DNA of 62,468 nt, the filler included. It is 5 parts of 5 records of this genome, joined end to end, with 100 filler letters (N's around TTAATTAATTAA, not from the genome) between each part and the next. Parts side by side here need not be neighbours in the genome. Positions count along the whole stretch, not along the records: positions 1 to 10,365 come from SRR20825010_5493; positions 10,466 to 15,829 come from SRR20825010_5501; positions 15,930 to 27,274 come from SRR20825010_5508; 2 more parts are not named here. One strand, given 5' to 3'. Numbering within the stretch: position 1 is the first letter of the stretch; each line of letters starts with the position of its first letter. The position numbers were made by a program, and so were the translations under genes. The notes under the pieces are model-generated. The model was not told where the DNA came from. It searched no databases and saw only the letters and a program-made list of their open reading frames with translations. Below, piece after piece: positions 10,125 to 19,783 of the stretch.

Positions 10125-10365
10125 TTAATTTGCAGGTCGTCTTTCAATTTTTACTGATTGGTTAATCCAACAACCTACCTGAATAACGTCTCCTTCAGAA
10201 AAGGTTTCGTTGAAAATTTCTTCTATAGACGGAAATTGCTCCTTCGCTCTCGACATTGACTCAGAGTCACCTGCTTTTTGATACATTTCATAGGCAGCTA
10301 AAAACACTCCTCTATCTTTCACCTTGCTCTCACCACCTTTACAATCAGAAAAACTGTTCATATAC
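10125..10365 (-). CDS. 5'-truncated tetratricopeptide-repeat protein (C-terminus)
   Basis: VFLAAYEMYQKA...FPSIEEIF...VGCWINQSVKI matches the recalled Bacteroidota TPR protein that precedes lptC; cut by the contig edge. Confidence 0.65.
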
Positions 10366-10465
10366 NNNNNNNNNNNNNNNNNNNNNNNNNNNNNNNNNNN
10401 NNNNNNNNNTTAATTAATTAANNNNNNNNNNNNNNNNNNNNNNNNNNNNNNNNNNNNNNNNNNNN
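10366..10465. other. Artificial contig linker
   Basis: 44 N + TTAATTAATTAA (stops in all six frames) + 44 N. Confidence 0.98.
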
Positions 10466-11717
10466 TTCCGACCCAAATAGGGAATCCCTCAAATTCAAAC
10501 GTTTTGAAGGGTAATACCACAGCATCTTTTTGTAAGACCTTGTCTTCACCATGAGATTTCTTGTAGCTTTTTAGTGCTCTGAAATCTTCGATTGCATTCA
10601 GTTCTTCAATTTTAGATTCGAGTAGTTCTGCTTGATTGATTTTTGCAGCAATTGTCTTATCCAGTTGTCCCCATTCTAGTTTTCTATTCTTACTTTTTCT
10701 GTAAAGAGAAGCTGCATGATCTTGCGGTTTTTGATTTGGCTTAAGCTTCACTAGGACAGTTTCTCCAGAATAAAAATCCAGTAATTCCACTTCCAATTTT
10801 CCTCCTTGAAATTCATGAAGGTTAGCCATGATCACATCGGCCAACTGTGAGGGAGGTGGTGAGTTGCGGAGTTCTTCCAGTTTTTGTGTGGATTTCTCTA
10901 TATAGGATTTGGTTCGCTTGAGCTGCTCCTGATACTTCTTGAGCATGGTGTTTTTATCCTTTTCAAAATTCCCACGGACAAGTGCCAGATAAAAAAGCTC
11001 ATTGACGGATTGAATGGGATTAGAGAAGCTTTTGACAGGATTGTCCTCAGGTAGTAGACTCAAGTGGATTTCTCCGTTTTTTTCCACAAGTGAAAAGAGC
11101 GGAGTCTCCAGCATCTCTAGAAGCTCCTGCATAAGCTCCCATTTGGAAGTAAGGATTGCGTCGGGATAGCCTCTTTCTTTCAGCCAGTTTCTAGGAATAG
11201 CTCCCAAAGTGGGTAAGAACTGAGATGCATTTCCTTCTAGTTTTTCGAAACTTTCCCAGCTCAAATCATAGCTTTTGTTCAAAGATTTCCAGTCTAAATC
11301 CCGGTCTTCTACAATTCCATTTCTAAATAGCTTAGTCGGTATCGCAGCGTCTTTTTCATAGAGAAGTACATTGCTTCTATTTGCGTGAAGCTTAAACAAG
11401 AGGGTTTTTCCCGAACGGAAGGAGAAATAAAATGCGCGTTCAAAGCTTAGAACATTACATCCTATGATCTCTTCTCCGATCAGTTCTTTGAATAGATCAA
11501 TGCTATTTCTCTTGGCTCGTGGGAAACTATCTGGGAAAGAAAGGTATATCTGAGGTGGGAGAAAATGTGCGCGGATAAACCGTGATTCCTCAGCGTCTTC
11601 GGTCTCCAGAATCAATTCATCTTTGTTCTGTGAAAAACAGGCGATGATTTTTTTACCCAGGAAAGCTTTTTCCAACTCAGGGCAGAGGTATTGCAGGAAA
11701 TGATAATTAAGATGCAT
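10466..11717 (-). CDS. rqcH: NFACT family (RqcH/Rqc2-like) ribosome quality-control protein, 3'-truncated
   Basis: MHLNY start, FERAF, NRSNVLL, coiled coil, PQDHAASLYRKSK; breaks at IWVG, the start of the NFACT-R domain. Confidence 0.8.
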
Positions 11718-12481
11718 TAGTCCAAAGTTAGCTGAAGCCCGTCGTAGGCCAAGGCTATTCCTTGAGGTAATTCTTGATCAATTGCATCTTGAAGACCTAG
11801 TCGATGAGAAATGTGGGTGAAATACGTTTCTTTAGCGCCGATTTTTTGCGCCATAGCTACTGCTTCATCTAAGGTGAAATGTGAAATATGGGGATCTTTT
11901 TGCAGTGCATTTAATACCAATATTTCTGTGCCTTCGATTAGTTTTAGTGATTCATCTGAGATGTAATTGGCATCCGTGATATAAGTGAAATCACCAATTC
12001 GAAACCCGAATATGGGTAACTTATAATGCAAAACCGGAATAGGAGTGATGGTAATCCCCTCAATTGTAAATGGTTTCTCATCGATCTCAATAGTTTCCAC
12101 TTGAGGGATTCCAGGATATCTTTTTCCGCTGAAAATATAGGCGAACTCACGCTTGATTTGCTCCAGGACTTGCAACTTTCCGAAAACAGGCATGTCTTTT
12201 TGTTGCTTGAAATTAAATGGACGAATATCATCCAACCCAGCGGTGTGATCCTTATGCTCGTGGGTGAAAAGTACAGCGTCCAGGGTAGTGATTCCTGCTC
12301 TAAGTATTTGACTGCGAAAATCTGGACCTGTGTCAATTACAAGGCTGAGCTTGCCGATTTGAAGATGAACGGAAGATCGAAATCTTTTGTCCCGGAAATC
12401 CAATGATTTGCAGACATTACATTCGCAGCCTATCACAGGAACGCCTTGGGAAGTACCGGTTCCTAAAAAAGTAACTTTCAA
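11717..12481 (-). CDS. MBL-fold metallo-hydrolase (PhnP/YycJ-like)
   Basis: FLGTGTSQGVPVIGCECNVC, THEHKDHTAGLDD, THISH and AYDGL motifs. Confidence 0.9.
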   Translation of the reverse strand: MKVTFLGTGTSQGVPVIGCECNVCKSLDFRDKRFRSSVHLQIGKLSLVIDTGPDFRSQILRAGITTLDAVLFTHEHKDHTAGLDDIRPFNFKQQKDMPVFGKLQVLEQIKREFAYIFSGKRYPGIPQVETIEIDEKPFTIEGITITPIPVLHYKLPIFGFRIGDFTYITDANYISDESLKLIEGTEILVLNALQKDPHISHFTLDEAVAMAQKIGAKETYFTHISHRLGLQDAIDQELPQGIALAYDGLQLTLD

Positions 12482-12756
12482 AATTTCAATTGGGTTTGCC
12501 TCAACTCTGTGAGGAAGTCATGATTCGCTTTGTCCTTGAAATCAGCTGGGTCCATATTCAGCTCAATCAGAATATCTATCAGTGCGTTGATTTTTCCTTC
12601 AAGGGGAAAGTATTTATTTACGATGACGATTTTGGCGTCATTCAACACACAGTAGCCTGATTTGAAATTACCCTTTTCGTAGCGCAGCATGTATTCTGAT
12701 GAGGCGAATAGATTTTCAAGTTTATCCAAAAAGTGCTTCGTGTGTTTTATTACCAT
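12478..12756 (-). CDS. Conserved hypothetical protein
   Basis: LRYEKGNFKSGYC motif; overlaps the next gene by 4 nt. Confidence 0.75.
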   Translation of the reverse strand: MVIKHTKHFLDKLENLFASSEYMLRYEKGNFKSGYCVLNDAKIVIVNKYFPLEGKINALIDILIELNMDPADFKDKANHDFLTELRQTQLKF

Positions 12757-12757
12757 T

Positions 12758-13135
12758 TTAGCCGAGGATTTTTTTTACGGTAGCAAGTAATTTATCGTAA
12801 TCGAGTGGTTTTTGTATGAAATCATCAAATCCTAATTTCCTGAATTCATCCATCGTATAGTTATTCATATTTCCGGAAATAGCAATGATTGGAAGCTTCG
12901 ATTTGATGGGGTCAGCCAATTCTCTAATCATTTTGGTACAGCTAGCTCCATCCATTACTGGCATGTTTAAGTCCATAAGAATAAGATCGAACTCCTCTTT
13001 TTCTAACATTTCTAATACTTGCTTTCCATTTTTCGCAGCCTTCATTTGATAGTTTTCAAATGCGAGGATGCTTTTAGTTAGATTGAGAATAACAGAACTA
13101 TCCTCACCGACTAAAATATTTTTTGAGTTACTCAT
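12758..13135 (-). CDS. Single-domain response regulator
   Basis: ED, MDLNMPVMDG and KP receiver motifs; no output domain. Confidence 0.9.
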   Translation of the reverse strand: MSNSKNILVGEDSSVILNLTKSILAFENYQMKAAKNGKQVLEMLEKEEFDLILMDLNMPVMDGASCTKMIRELADPIKSKLPIIAISGNMNNYTMDEFRKLGFDDFIQKPLDYDKLLATVKKILG

Positions 13136-13872
13136 AGCTTAAAAGTAGTTTCTTCTTTGATATATTTCTCTAAAATTTTGCGCTCTTTTCTAAGTTTTAT
13201 CAATGCTTTTTCTAATGAATCCCAATCTTGAGATCTAGCCATTCTATCGGCATCTGTAGATAAAACAAATATAGCATTCGCACCTAAAGTGCCTGAATTG
13301 CCCTTTATAGTGTGTAAATTTTCAATTACTGTTTGTTGGTCTTTTTCCTTGAAAGCAGAATCTACTTGCTCCATTAATTCATCAAATTCTGCCAGAAGAT
13401 CACCATAAATAGACTTGATGTTATCTGTAGAATTATATTTCAGGAGTTGTAAAAGCACTTCTTTGTCTAAGATCAGATTTCTATCAGTGGCTTGAGTATT
13501 TTCTATTTTGGAGTTGAGCTTTGCAGAGATTACTTCCAAAAACTCCTTGGGACGGATTGGTTTCGGAATAAAATCATCAAACCCCATTTCTAGTAAACAA
13601 CTTTTAGCAGATTCCGCTGAATAGGTAGAAAGAGCTATGATCTTACATTGGTATGTTGATTGTTTCCATATTATTTTTGCAGCAGTAATGCCATCCATAG
13701 AAGGCATTTGAATATCCATGAGAATCAGATCAAACTTTCCTTTGGAAGCTCTTTCCACTGCATCTATGCCGTTTTTAACAGATTCAAAGCTAAAAAGCTG
13801 GCCGATTAGATTTTCAAACAATGTTCGAGTCAAGTCATTATTCTCTACAATCAAGACCTTTTTGCTTTTCAT
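13132..13872 (-). CDS. Receiver + Hpt domain protein
   Basis: MDIQMPSMDG and KP receiver motifs, then LHTIKGNSGTLGA Hpt motif. Confidence 0.88.
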   Translation of the reverse strand: MKSKKVLIVENNDLTRTLFENLIGQLFSFESVKNGIDAVERASKGKFDLILMDIQMPSMDGITAAKIIWKQSTYQCKIIALSTYSAESAKSCLLEMGFDDFIPKPIRPKEFLEVISAKLNSKIENTQATDRNLILDKEVLLQLLKYNSTDNIKSIYGDLLAEFDELMEQVDSAFKEKDQQTVIENLHTIKGNSGTLGANAIFVLSTDADRMARSQDWDSLEKALIKLRKERKILEKYIKEETTFKL

Positions 13873-13911
13873 TACTTTACTTTGGAGTCTCAGCTAAATT
13901 ATTAACTCATT

Positions 13912-14820
13912 TTGTCAAATCAATCCTATTTGATCTTAGTGGTGGGCCCCACGGCAGTCGGCAAAACCGATTTGTGTCTAAATCTAGCCAAAAATTTCAA
14001 GACTGAAATTGTATCCTGCGATAGCAGGCAGTTTTACCGGGAAATGAATCTCGGAACTGCCAAGCCTAGCTCTGATGAATTGAAGCAAGTACCGCATCAT
14101 TTCATCAACAGCCTGTCTATAGAAGAAGAATATGATGTTCGGAAGTTTGAGAGCGAAGCATTGGCTTTGCTGGATGAATTATATGAGCATCATCAGGTGG
14201 TGATTATGACTGGTGGCTCTGGACTATTTGCAGATGCGATTGTGAATGGCATGGATGAAATGCCGGAGATTGCGCCAGAAATACGAGCTACAATAATTCA
14301 GGAGTATGAGCAAAAAGGCTTAGCGTTTTTGCAGGAAGGAGTGGCTAAGAATGACCCGGAATACTTCGCAATAGTGGATCAAAAAAATCCTCAACGACTG
14401 ATGAGGGCACTGGAAATATGGAGAGGCACAGGTAAGAAGTTTAGCTCTTTCCGAGTGAAATCAAAAAAAGAGAGACCTTTTAAGGTGATCAAAATCGGCT
14501 TGGAAAGAGACCGAGAAGAATTGTACGGGAGGATTGATCTCAGAATGGATCAGATGATTGCTACTGGTTTGTTTGATGAAGCAGATAGCCTTTTTGGAAA
14601 AAGAAATCTAAATGCGCTACAGACTGTCGGGTACTCTGAGATATTCGGGTATCTGGAAGGTAAATATGACAAAGAAGAAGCTATCCGCTTGCTCAAGAGA
14701 AACTCCAGGCGCTACGCCAAGCGCCAGATGACATGGTTCAAGAAGGATGAATCTATCAAGTGGTTCTCTCCAGAAAAGCAGGCTGAAATCTTAGCTTATA
14801 TTCAAGATCAAATCGCTTGA
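13912..14820 (+). CDS. miaA: tRNA dimethylallyltransferase
   Basis: GPTAVGKT, DSRQFY, GTAKP, GGSGL and YAKRQMTWF motifs. Confidence 0.96.
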   Translation: MSNQSYLILVVGPTAVGKTDLCLNLAKNFKTEIVSCDSRQFYREMNLGTAKPSSDELKQVPHHFINSLSIEEEYDVRKFESEALALLDELYEHHQVVIMTGGSGLFADAIVNGMDEMPEIAPEIRATIIQEYEQKGLAFLQEGVAKNDPEYFAIVDQKNPQRLMRALEIWRGTGKKFSSFRVKSKKERPFKVIKIGLERDREELYGRIDLRMDQMIATGLFDEADSLFGKRNLNALQTVGYSEIFGYLEGKYDKEEAIRLLKRNSRRYAKRQMTWFKKDESIKWFSPEKQAEILAYIQDQIA

Positions 14821-15143
14821 AAACTTGCGATTTTCCCAACCCAATTATAGGGCGCTTTTTTAATCAAGGCATTGTATTGAATGCGGTTGACCTTTAGCTC
14901 TCTAATGATTTTCAGTGCTTTTTCAGTGATACCTTTTTCAAGTTGCTTCCCTTTTAGCGCAGCTATAAGCAAGTCAGGGTCAGACGAGTCTTCTACCAAT
15001 ATGCCTAAGGCTGGATTCAAGGAATTCAATTTGAATAGCAACTCTTTCTGAAGATTGAGTTTGCGCTGCAATGCATTTTTCACAGTAAGGAAAAATAGGA
15101 GGCCTCCGCCTCCCAGCATGATAAATAGTGGTATAAAACCCAT
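14808..15143 (-). CDS. Hypothetical membrane-anchored protein with LemA-like C-terminus
   Basis: N-terminal TM; YNALIKKAPYNWVGKIASF resembles the LemA terminal motif. Confidence 0.6.
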   Translation of the reverse strand: MGFIPLFIMLGGGGLLFFLTVKNALQRKLNLQKELLFKLNSLNPALGILVEDSSDPDLLIAALKGKQLEKGITEKALKIIRELKVNRIQYNALIKKAPYNWVGKIASFQAI

Positions 15144-15144
15144 C

Positions 15145-15829
15145 TTATATACTCAAGATTTTCATTAATTTAAGGTGATCTTCGATCAAATGCTTCGTCT
15201 TGCCAATACAATCAGCGAATGGAGTGAAAACCACTTGTTGATTGACGACTCCAGCCATGTGAAACTGATGCCCTGCAAGTAATCCTTCTACCGCAGACAT
15301 TCCACATCGGCTAGCTAATACACGATCACGCGCAGTAGGATTTCCTCCTCGCTGAATATGTCCAAGTGTAGTTACTTTAAAGTCTTTAGTAGGATCATTC
15401 AGCTTGGCTTTTACTTTTTCCATGACGGTTTGAGCATTACCAGCTTCATCACCTTCAGCCACTACTATAATGCTTGAAGATTTTGTTTTTCTAAGATTTT
15501 TCAGAGACTTCACGACATCGTCCAAGTTTGTTTTGGTCTCTGGAACCATCACAAATTCTGCTCCTCCGCCAATACCTGATTCTACAGCGATAAATCCAGC
15601 ATCTCTTCCCATCACTTCGATAAAGAAAATTCTATCATGTGCGGCAGCCGTATCACGGATTTTATCGATCGCTTCCAAAGCAGTATTTACAGCTGTGTCA
15701 AAACCAATGGTATAATCAGTGCCATACAAGTCATTGTCTATAGTTCCTGGGCAACCGATGGTAGGAATACCATATTCTTCAAAAAACAGCTTGGCTCCAG
15801 TGAAAGTGCCGTCACCACCTATCGCCACC
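15145..15829 (-). CDS. pfkA: 6-phosphofructokinase, 5'-truncated
   Basis: IGGDGT, PGTIDND, EVMGR and LGHIQRGG motifs. Confidence 0.95.
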
Positions 15830-15929
15830 NNNNNNNNNNNNNNNNNNNNNNNNNNNNNNNNNNNNNNNNNNNNTTAATTAATTAANNNNNNNNNNNNNNN
15901 NNNNNNNNNNNNNNNNNNNNNNNNNNNNN
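15830..15929. other. Artificial contig linker
   Basis: 44 N + TTAATTAATTAA + 44 N. Confidence 0.98.
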
Positions 15930-16784
15930 CATCACTCCAACATCGTGCCGTGGCAGATGCTGGCTGAGGAGAAAGGCGCCAAGATCCGCGTGATTCCGAT
16001 GTTTGATGATGGCGCGCTGGATATGGAAGCTTATGCGAGCCTTTTGAATGAGCGCACCAGAATGGTGGCCGTGGCCCATATTTCCAATTCCATTGGCGTC
16101 AAAAACCCGGTGAAGGAAATCACCCGTCTCGCGCATGACGTGGGCGCGCTGGTGCTGATCGACGGTTGCCAGGCCGCGCCGCATATGAAGATTGATGTGC
16201 AGGATACTGACGCTGATTTTTACGCCTTCTCTGCCCACAAGGCATACGGCCCCACCGGCATTGGCGTGATTTACGGCAAGGAAAAACACCTTGATGCCAT
16301 GCCGCCATGGCAGGGTGGTGGTGACATGATCTCGACCGTAACGTTCGAGAAAACCACTTATAACGACCTGCCGCACAAGTTTGAGGCTGGCACGCCCAAT
16401 ATCGCTGGCGGCATCGCCATGAAGGTAGCGCTTGATTATATCACGGCGCTTGGGTTCGAGAATATCGCCGCGCATGAGGAAGAGTTGCTCGCCTACGCCA
16501 CCAAAGAGCTTTCCGCCTTCAACAGCCTGCGCATTATTGGCACAGCGCCAGACAAGGGCGCACTGATCAGCTTCACCATGCAGCATGCGCACCCGCATGA
16601 TATTGGCACCATCCTCGACCGGCAGGGCATCGCCGTGCGGGCTGGGCACCACTGTGCGCAACCGGTGATGGACCGTTTTGGTGTGCCCGGCACCGTGCGG
16701 GCAAGCTTTGGTATTTATAACGATAAATCTGATGTGGACCGCCTTATCGCGGGCCTCAAGAAAGTTGTGGACATCTTTGGATGA
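15930..16784 (+). CDS. sufS: Cysteine desulfurase SufS, 5'-truncated
   Basis: Frame open from the contig edge (HHSNIVPWQ); SAHKAYGPTGIG PLP lysine; RAGHHCAQP catalytic cysteine. Confidence 0.95.
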   Translation, partial: HHSNIVPWQMLAEEKGAKIRVIPMFDDGALDMEAYASLLNERTRMVAVAHISNSIGVKNPVKEITRLAHDVGALVLIDGCQAAPHMKIDVQDTDADFYAFSAHKAYGPTGIGVIYGKEKHLDAMPPWQGGGDMISTVTFEKTTYNDLPHKFEAGTPNIAGGIAMKVALDYITALGFENIAAHEEELLAYATKELSAFNSLRIIGTAPDKGALISFTMQHAHPHDIGTILDRQGIAVRAGHHCAQPVMDRFGVPGTVRASFGIYNDKSDVDRLIAGLKKVVDIFG

Positions 16785-17344
16785 TGGATAACGAAAACAA
16801 ACGAGACGTACTGGATGTAAGCGCGCCCACAGCGGCGGACTATCCGGAGGAAAACATGCCAAAAGCCGCCGTGGAGCGGCCCCGTGTTGATACCGGCGTG
16901 AGCCCGCAGGAAGGTGGCTATTTCCTCAATAAGTTTCTTGAGGGCGACGCCGCGAAGAAAGCCGCTGACGCCGCTGAAACAGAGGCCGCAGAATCCGTAA
17001 GCACAGACGCCGCACCTGTTGGTGAAACGCCTGAGAGCAAAGAAGCACTTGAGGCCAATATCGTCACTGCGCTTCAGGAGATTTACGACCCGGAAATCCC
17101 GGTCAATATCTATGAGCTTGGCCTGATTTACGGCGTGGATATCGACGACGACTGGCGCGTGCGCGTGACCATGACGCTCACCACCCCCCACTGCCCCGTG
17201 GCAGAAAGCATGCCGGGCGAGGTTGAGCTCAAAGTCAACACAGTGCCGGGTGTAAACGGCTGTGACGTTGCCCTGGTGTGGGAGCCCGCGTGGGATATGT
17301 CGAAAATGACAGATGAAGCACGGCTTGAACTGGGGCTTCTGTAG
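16781..17344 (+). CDS. sufT: SUF Fe-S assembly protein SufT (DUF59) with acidic N-terminal extension
   Basis: DPEIPVNIYELGLIY and MTLTTPHCPVA motifs; overlaps sufS by 4 nt. Confidence 0.9.
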   Translation: MMDNENKRDVLDVSAPTAADYPEENMPKAAVERPRVDTGVSPQEGGYFLNKFLEGDAAKKAADAAETEAAESVSTDAAPVGETPESKEALEANIVTALQEIYDPEIPVNIYELGLIYGVDIDDDWRVRVTMTLTTPHCPVAESMPGEVELKVNTVPGVNGCDVALVWEPAWDMSKMTDEARLELGLL

Positions 17345-17382
17345 CCCCACCTGTATAGTATGAAACTGAGGATGCTTTAAAA

Positions 17383-17709
17383 ATGGCAGTTATCAACATC
17401 ACAGATAAAGCGGCGGACCGTATCCGTGCGCTTCTCTCGAAAAACGAGACCGCTGTTGGTATCAAGCTTGGCACCAGCACCCATGGCTGCTCGGGCCTTG
17501 GCTATACGGTTGACTATGTTGAAGAGCCTTCAGCGGAAGACGAAGTGGTGGAAGACAAGGGCGTGAAGGTTTTTGTAGACCGTAAATCGCTGCTCTTCCT
17601 TCTGGGCACCGAGATGGACTGGGAAGACAGCATGTTCTCAACCGGTTTCAAATTCTCGAACCCGAATGAGAAAGGCCGCTGCGGTTGCGGCGAAAGCTTC
17701 CACGTCTAG
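17383..17709 (+). CDS. sufA: A-type Fe-S carrier (SufA/IscA, HesB family)
   Basis: GCSGLGY and CGCGESF motifs; suf context. Confidence 0.9.
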   Translation: MAVINITDKAADRIRALLSKNETAVGIKLGTSTHGCSGLGYTVDYVEEPSAEDEVVEDKGVKVFVDRKSLLFLLGTEMDWEDSMFSTGFKFSNPNEKGRCGCGESFHV

Positions 17710-17715
17710 TATCGT

Positions 17716-18468
17716 CTATTTCCAGTCTGAAAGGTCCAGCCCTGTCAGAGCTTCCGTCAGTTCGATATCTTCGTGATAGAGGTTTTTCAGATATTGACGA
17801 TCTGCTTCTGCTAAAGGCGCCAGTTGTACGGTCTTGGGTACAGGAACAACTCGTCTTGCCACAGGATAGGTGTCAAATCTGCTAGTTCCTAAGAAGTCCG
17901 TGATTTTATTGAGTGTTTTGTTCATGTCGTTACGCAACCACGTGTTTCGAATGAAGAGCAACTGTTCGCGTGGGAAAAACCGCAATAATCTCTTGATCTG
18001 CGGGCCGTAAAAACCCCGTTCCACATAGCTGAATACTCGATGGACGTTGTACTGGGGCCCAATTTCCCCTGTTACCCGGGAGCGGCCATTTCGAATGGCT
18101 TCTGGAAAAGGCAGACTGTCCCAGCCCCTTGTCACTTCCATACCCCAATGTGAGAACGCTCGATTTACGGGATTGCGCAAACAGACGATAATTTTCATCG
18201 CCGGGTTATAAGCCTGAATCCGCTCGGCAGAAGTGGGCCAATAAGTATAAATTGGCGTAACCTCGCCTGCTATCTGAGCCTCTGTTTTAGAAGCAAAAAT
18301 ATTCTCAAAAGCGTCATAGGATGGCCGGCTCCAATCCAGATTTTCATTATCAAAGAAATGAACTTCCTTACGCGCCGGCAGGAAGATTTCGGGGTGCTTG
18401 GAGAGAAAGGAAAATAGCGCTGTAGTCCCTGCTTTTTGCACGCCTGCCACAATAAAGGAAACCACCAA
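17716..18468 (-). CDS. PAPS-dependent sulfotransferase
   Basis: 5'-PSB GVQKAGTTAL, KEVHFFD, GEVTPIY and 3'-PB LRNPVNRAFS motifs. Confidence 0.88.
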   Translation of the reverse strand: MVVSFIVAGVQKAGTTALFSFLSKHPEIFLPARKEVHFFDNENLDWSRPSYDAFENIFASKTEAQIAGEVTPIYTYWPTSAERIQAYNPAMKIIVCLRNPVNRAFSHWGMEVTRGWDSLPFPEAIRNGRSRVTGEIGPQYNVHRVFSYVERGFYGPQIKRLLRFFPREQLLFIRNTWLRNDMNKTLNKITDFLGTSRFDTYPVARRVVPVPKTVQLAPLAEADRQYLKNLYHEDIELTEALTGLDLSDWK

Positions 18469-18653
18469 AATTTACACCTATTCCCATAAAAGTACTCATA
18501 AAAGCACAAAGCCAAAATTCGCCGTCAACACTGCTCGTGCACTACACCTTATTATAGGTCGCGATAAAATGAGGGAGAATATTTTTTTGACAATTTCGCA
18601 CCTCCAGCCTATGGCATGGAAACTAATGCCTTGAACCTAGTCGGGATTTTCTC

Positions 18654-19688
18654 ATGCCGCAAAATCTAAGCATCGTTAGCTGCGCTATGAGCCCAGACTA
18701 TATGCATGTGCGCGTGCAGGATCCGAACGACGCGCTCGCGGCCGTTGGGTGTCAGGTGCAGACATATTCCAAAAATGTCTCCATCCCCCGATTATGGCCC
18801 AAAAACAGCATTCGCATCATCGTCATTCAACGCGCCATTTTTGACCGCAATACCGCCATGCAGATTTTAAGACTGGCGTTTGAGCGCGACCTGCTTATCG
18901 TTCACGAGTTTGATGATCACCCTGACCTTTTGCCCCCGAATGTTAGGCAGCGTTTTATGTCTGAAATGGGGCTTGAAATGTTTGAAGCCTGTCACGGTGT
19001 ACAAACAAGCGTGCCTATGCTCGCGGAAACTTTCAAAAAGCAAAACTCCTTCACCGCAGCTTTTGGCAATCAAATCTACCGGTATCCATTAACCCCAAAA
19101 CAAGAATCCTCAAATGTCCGGCTATTGTTCGGCGCGCTCAACAGGCGTGACGCATGGGCGCCTCTTATGGATACTTTCAACGCTGTTATCGCCAAACACA
19201 ACGAAGTGCAGGTTACTGTTTTGCAGGATCAGGACTTTTTCCACACGCTTGCGACAAGCAATAAACGCCTGCTGCAAACGCCGAATTATGACGATTATCT
19301 GAATGCCGTCCTGGAGAATGACATCGTTCTGATGCCACTGAATGAAACACCCTTCACGGCCTGCAAAAGCGACGTGAAGTTCCTTGAAGCCAGCATCTGC
19401 GGTGCGGCAACAATCGCGAGCCCAACCATATATAAAGACACCATCGTCCACGGTGAAACAGGCTATATCGCCGACACGCCAGACGAATGGGCTGTGGGGC
19501 TTGAGAAGCTGATTACGGATACTGCTTACCGCCAGCGGATGGCCCGCAATGCCAACCGTTATGTGCGCGAAAACCGTATGCTGATGCAGCATATCCACAA
19601 GCGGGTGGACTGGTATAAAGAGCTTTGGGAAAACCGCGCGGTCATCAACCAGCGCCTGCGCGCACAGTTCCCGGAAGCGGCATCTTGA
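18654..19688 (+). CDS. Glycosyltransferase (GT4/GT-B-like)
   Basis: IVIQR, EFDD, PL...FTACKSDVKFLEAS and IVHGETG motifs. Confidence 0.8.
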   Translation: MPQNLSIVSCAMSPDYMHVRVQDPNDALAAVGCQVQTYSKNVSIPRLWPKNSIRIIVIQRAIFDRNTAMQILRLAFERDLLIVHEFDDHPDLLPPNVRQRFMSEMGLEMFEACHGVQTSVPMLAETFKKQNSFTAAFGNQIYRYPLTPKQESSNVRLLFGALNRRDAWAPLMDTFNAVIAKHNEVQVTVLQDQDFFHTLATSNKRLLQTPNYDDYLNAVLENDIVLMPLNETPFTACKSDVKFLEASICGAATIASPTIYKDTIVHGETGYIADTPDEWAVGLEKLITDTAYRQRMARNANRYVRENRMLMQHIHKRVDWYKELWENRAVINQRLRAQFPEAAS

Positions 19689-19783
19689 ACCCTGATCCAC
19701 CAGTAAAAATTTGACAAGTGACCTAGCCGGTTACACCCTAGTCAGGCGTTTTATGAGGCAGGTATCAGGAACAACTGAGCACC

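Noticed and set aside
10410..10421. TTAATTAATTAA repeated four times in the window
   Set aside because: Always centred in 44-N pads; it is an assembly linker, not a biological repeat.
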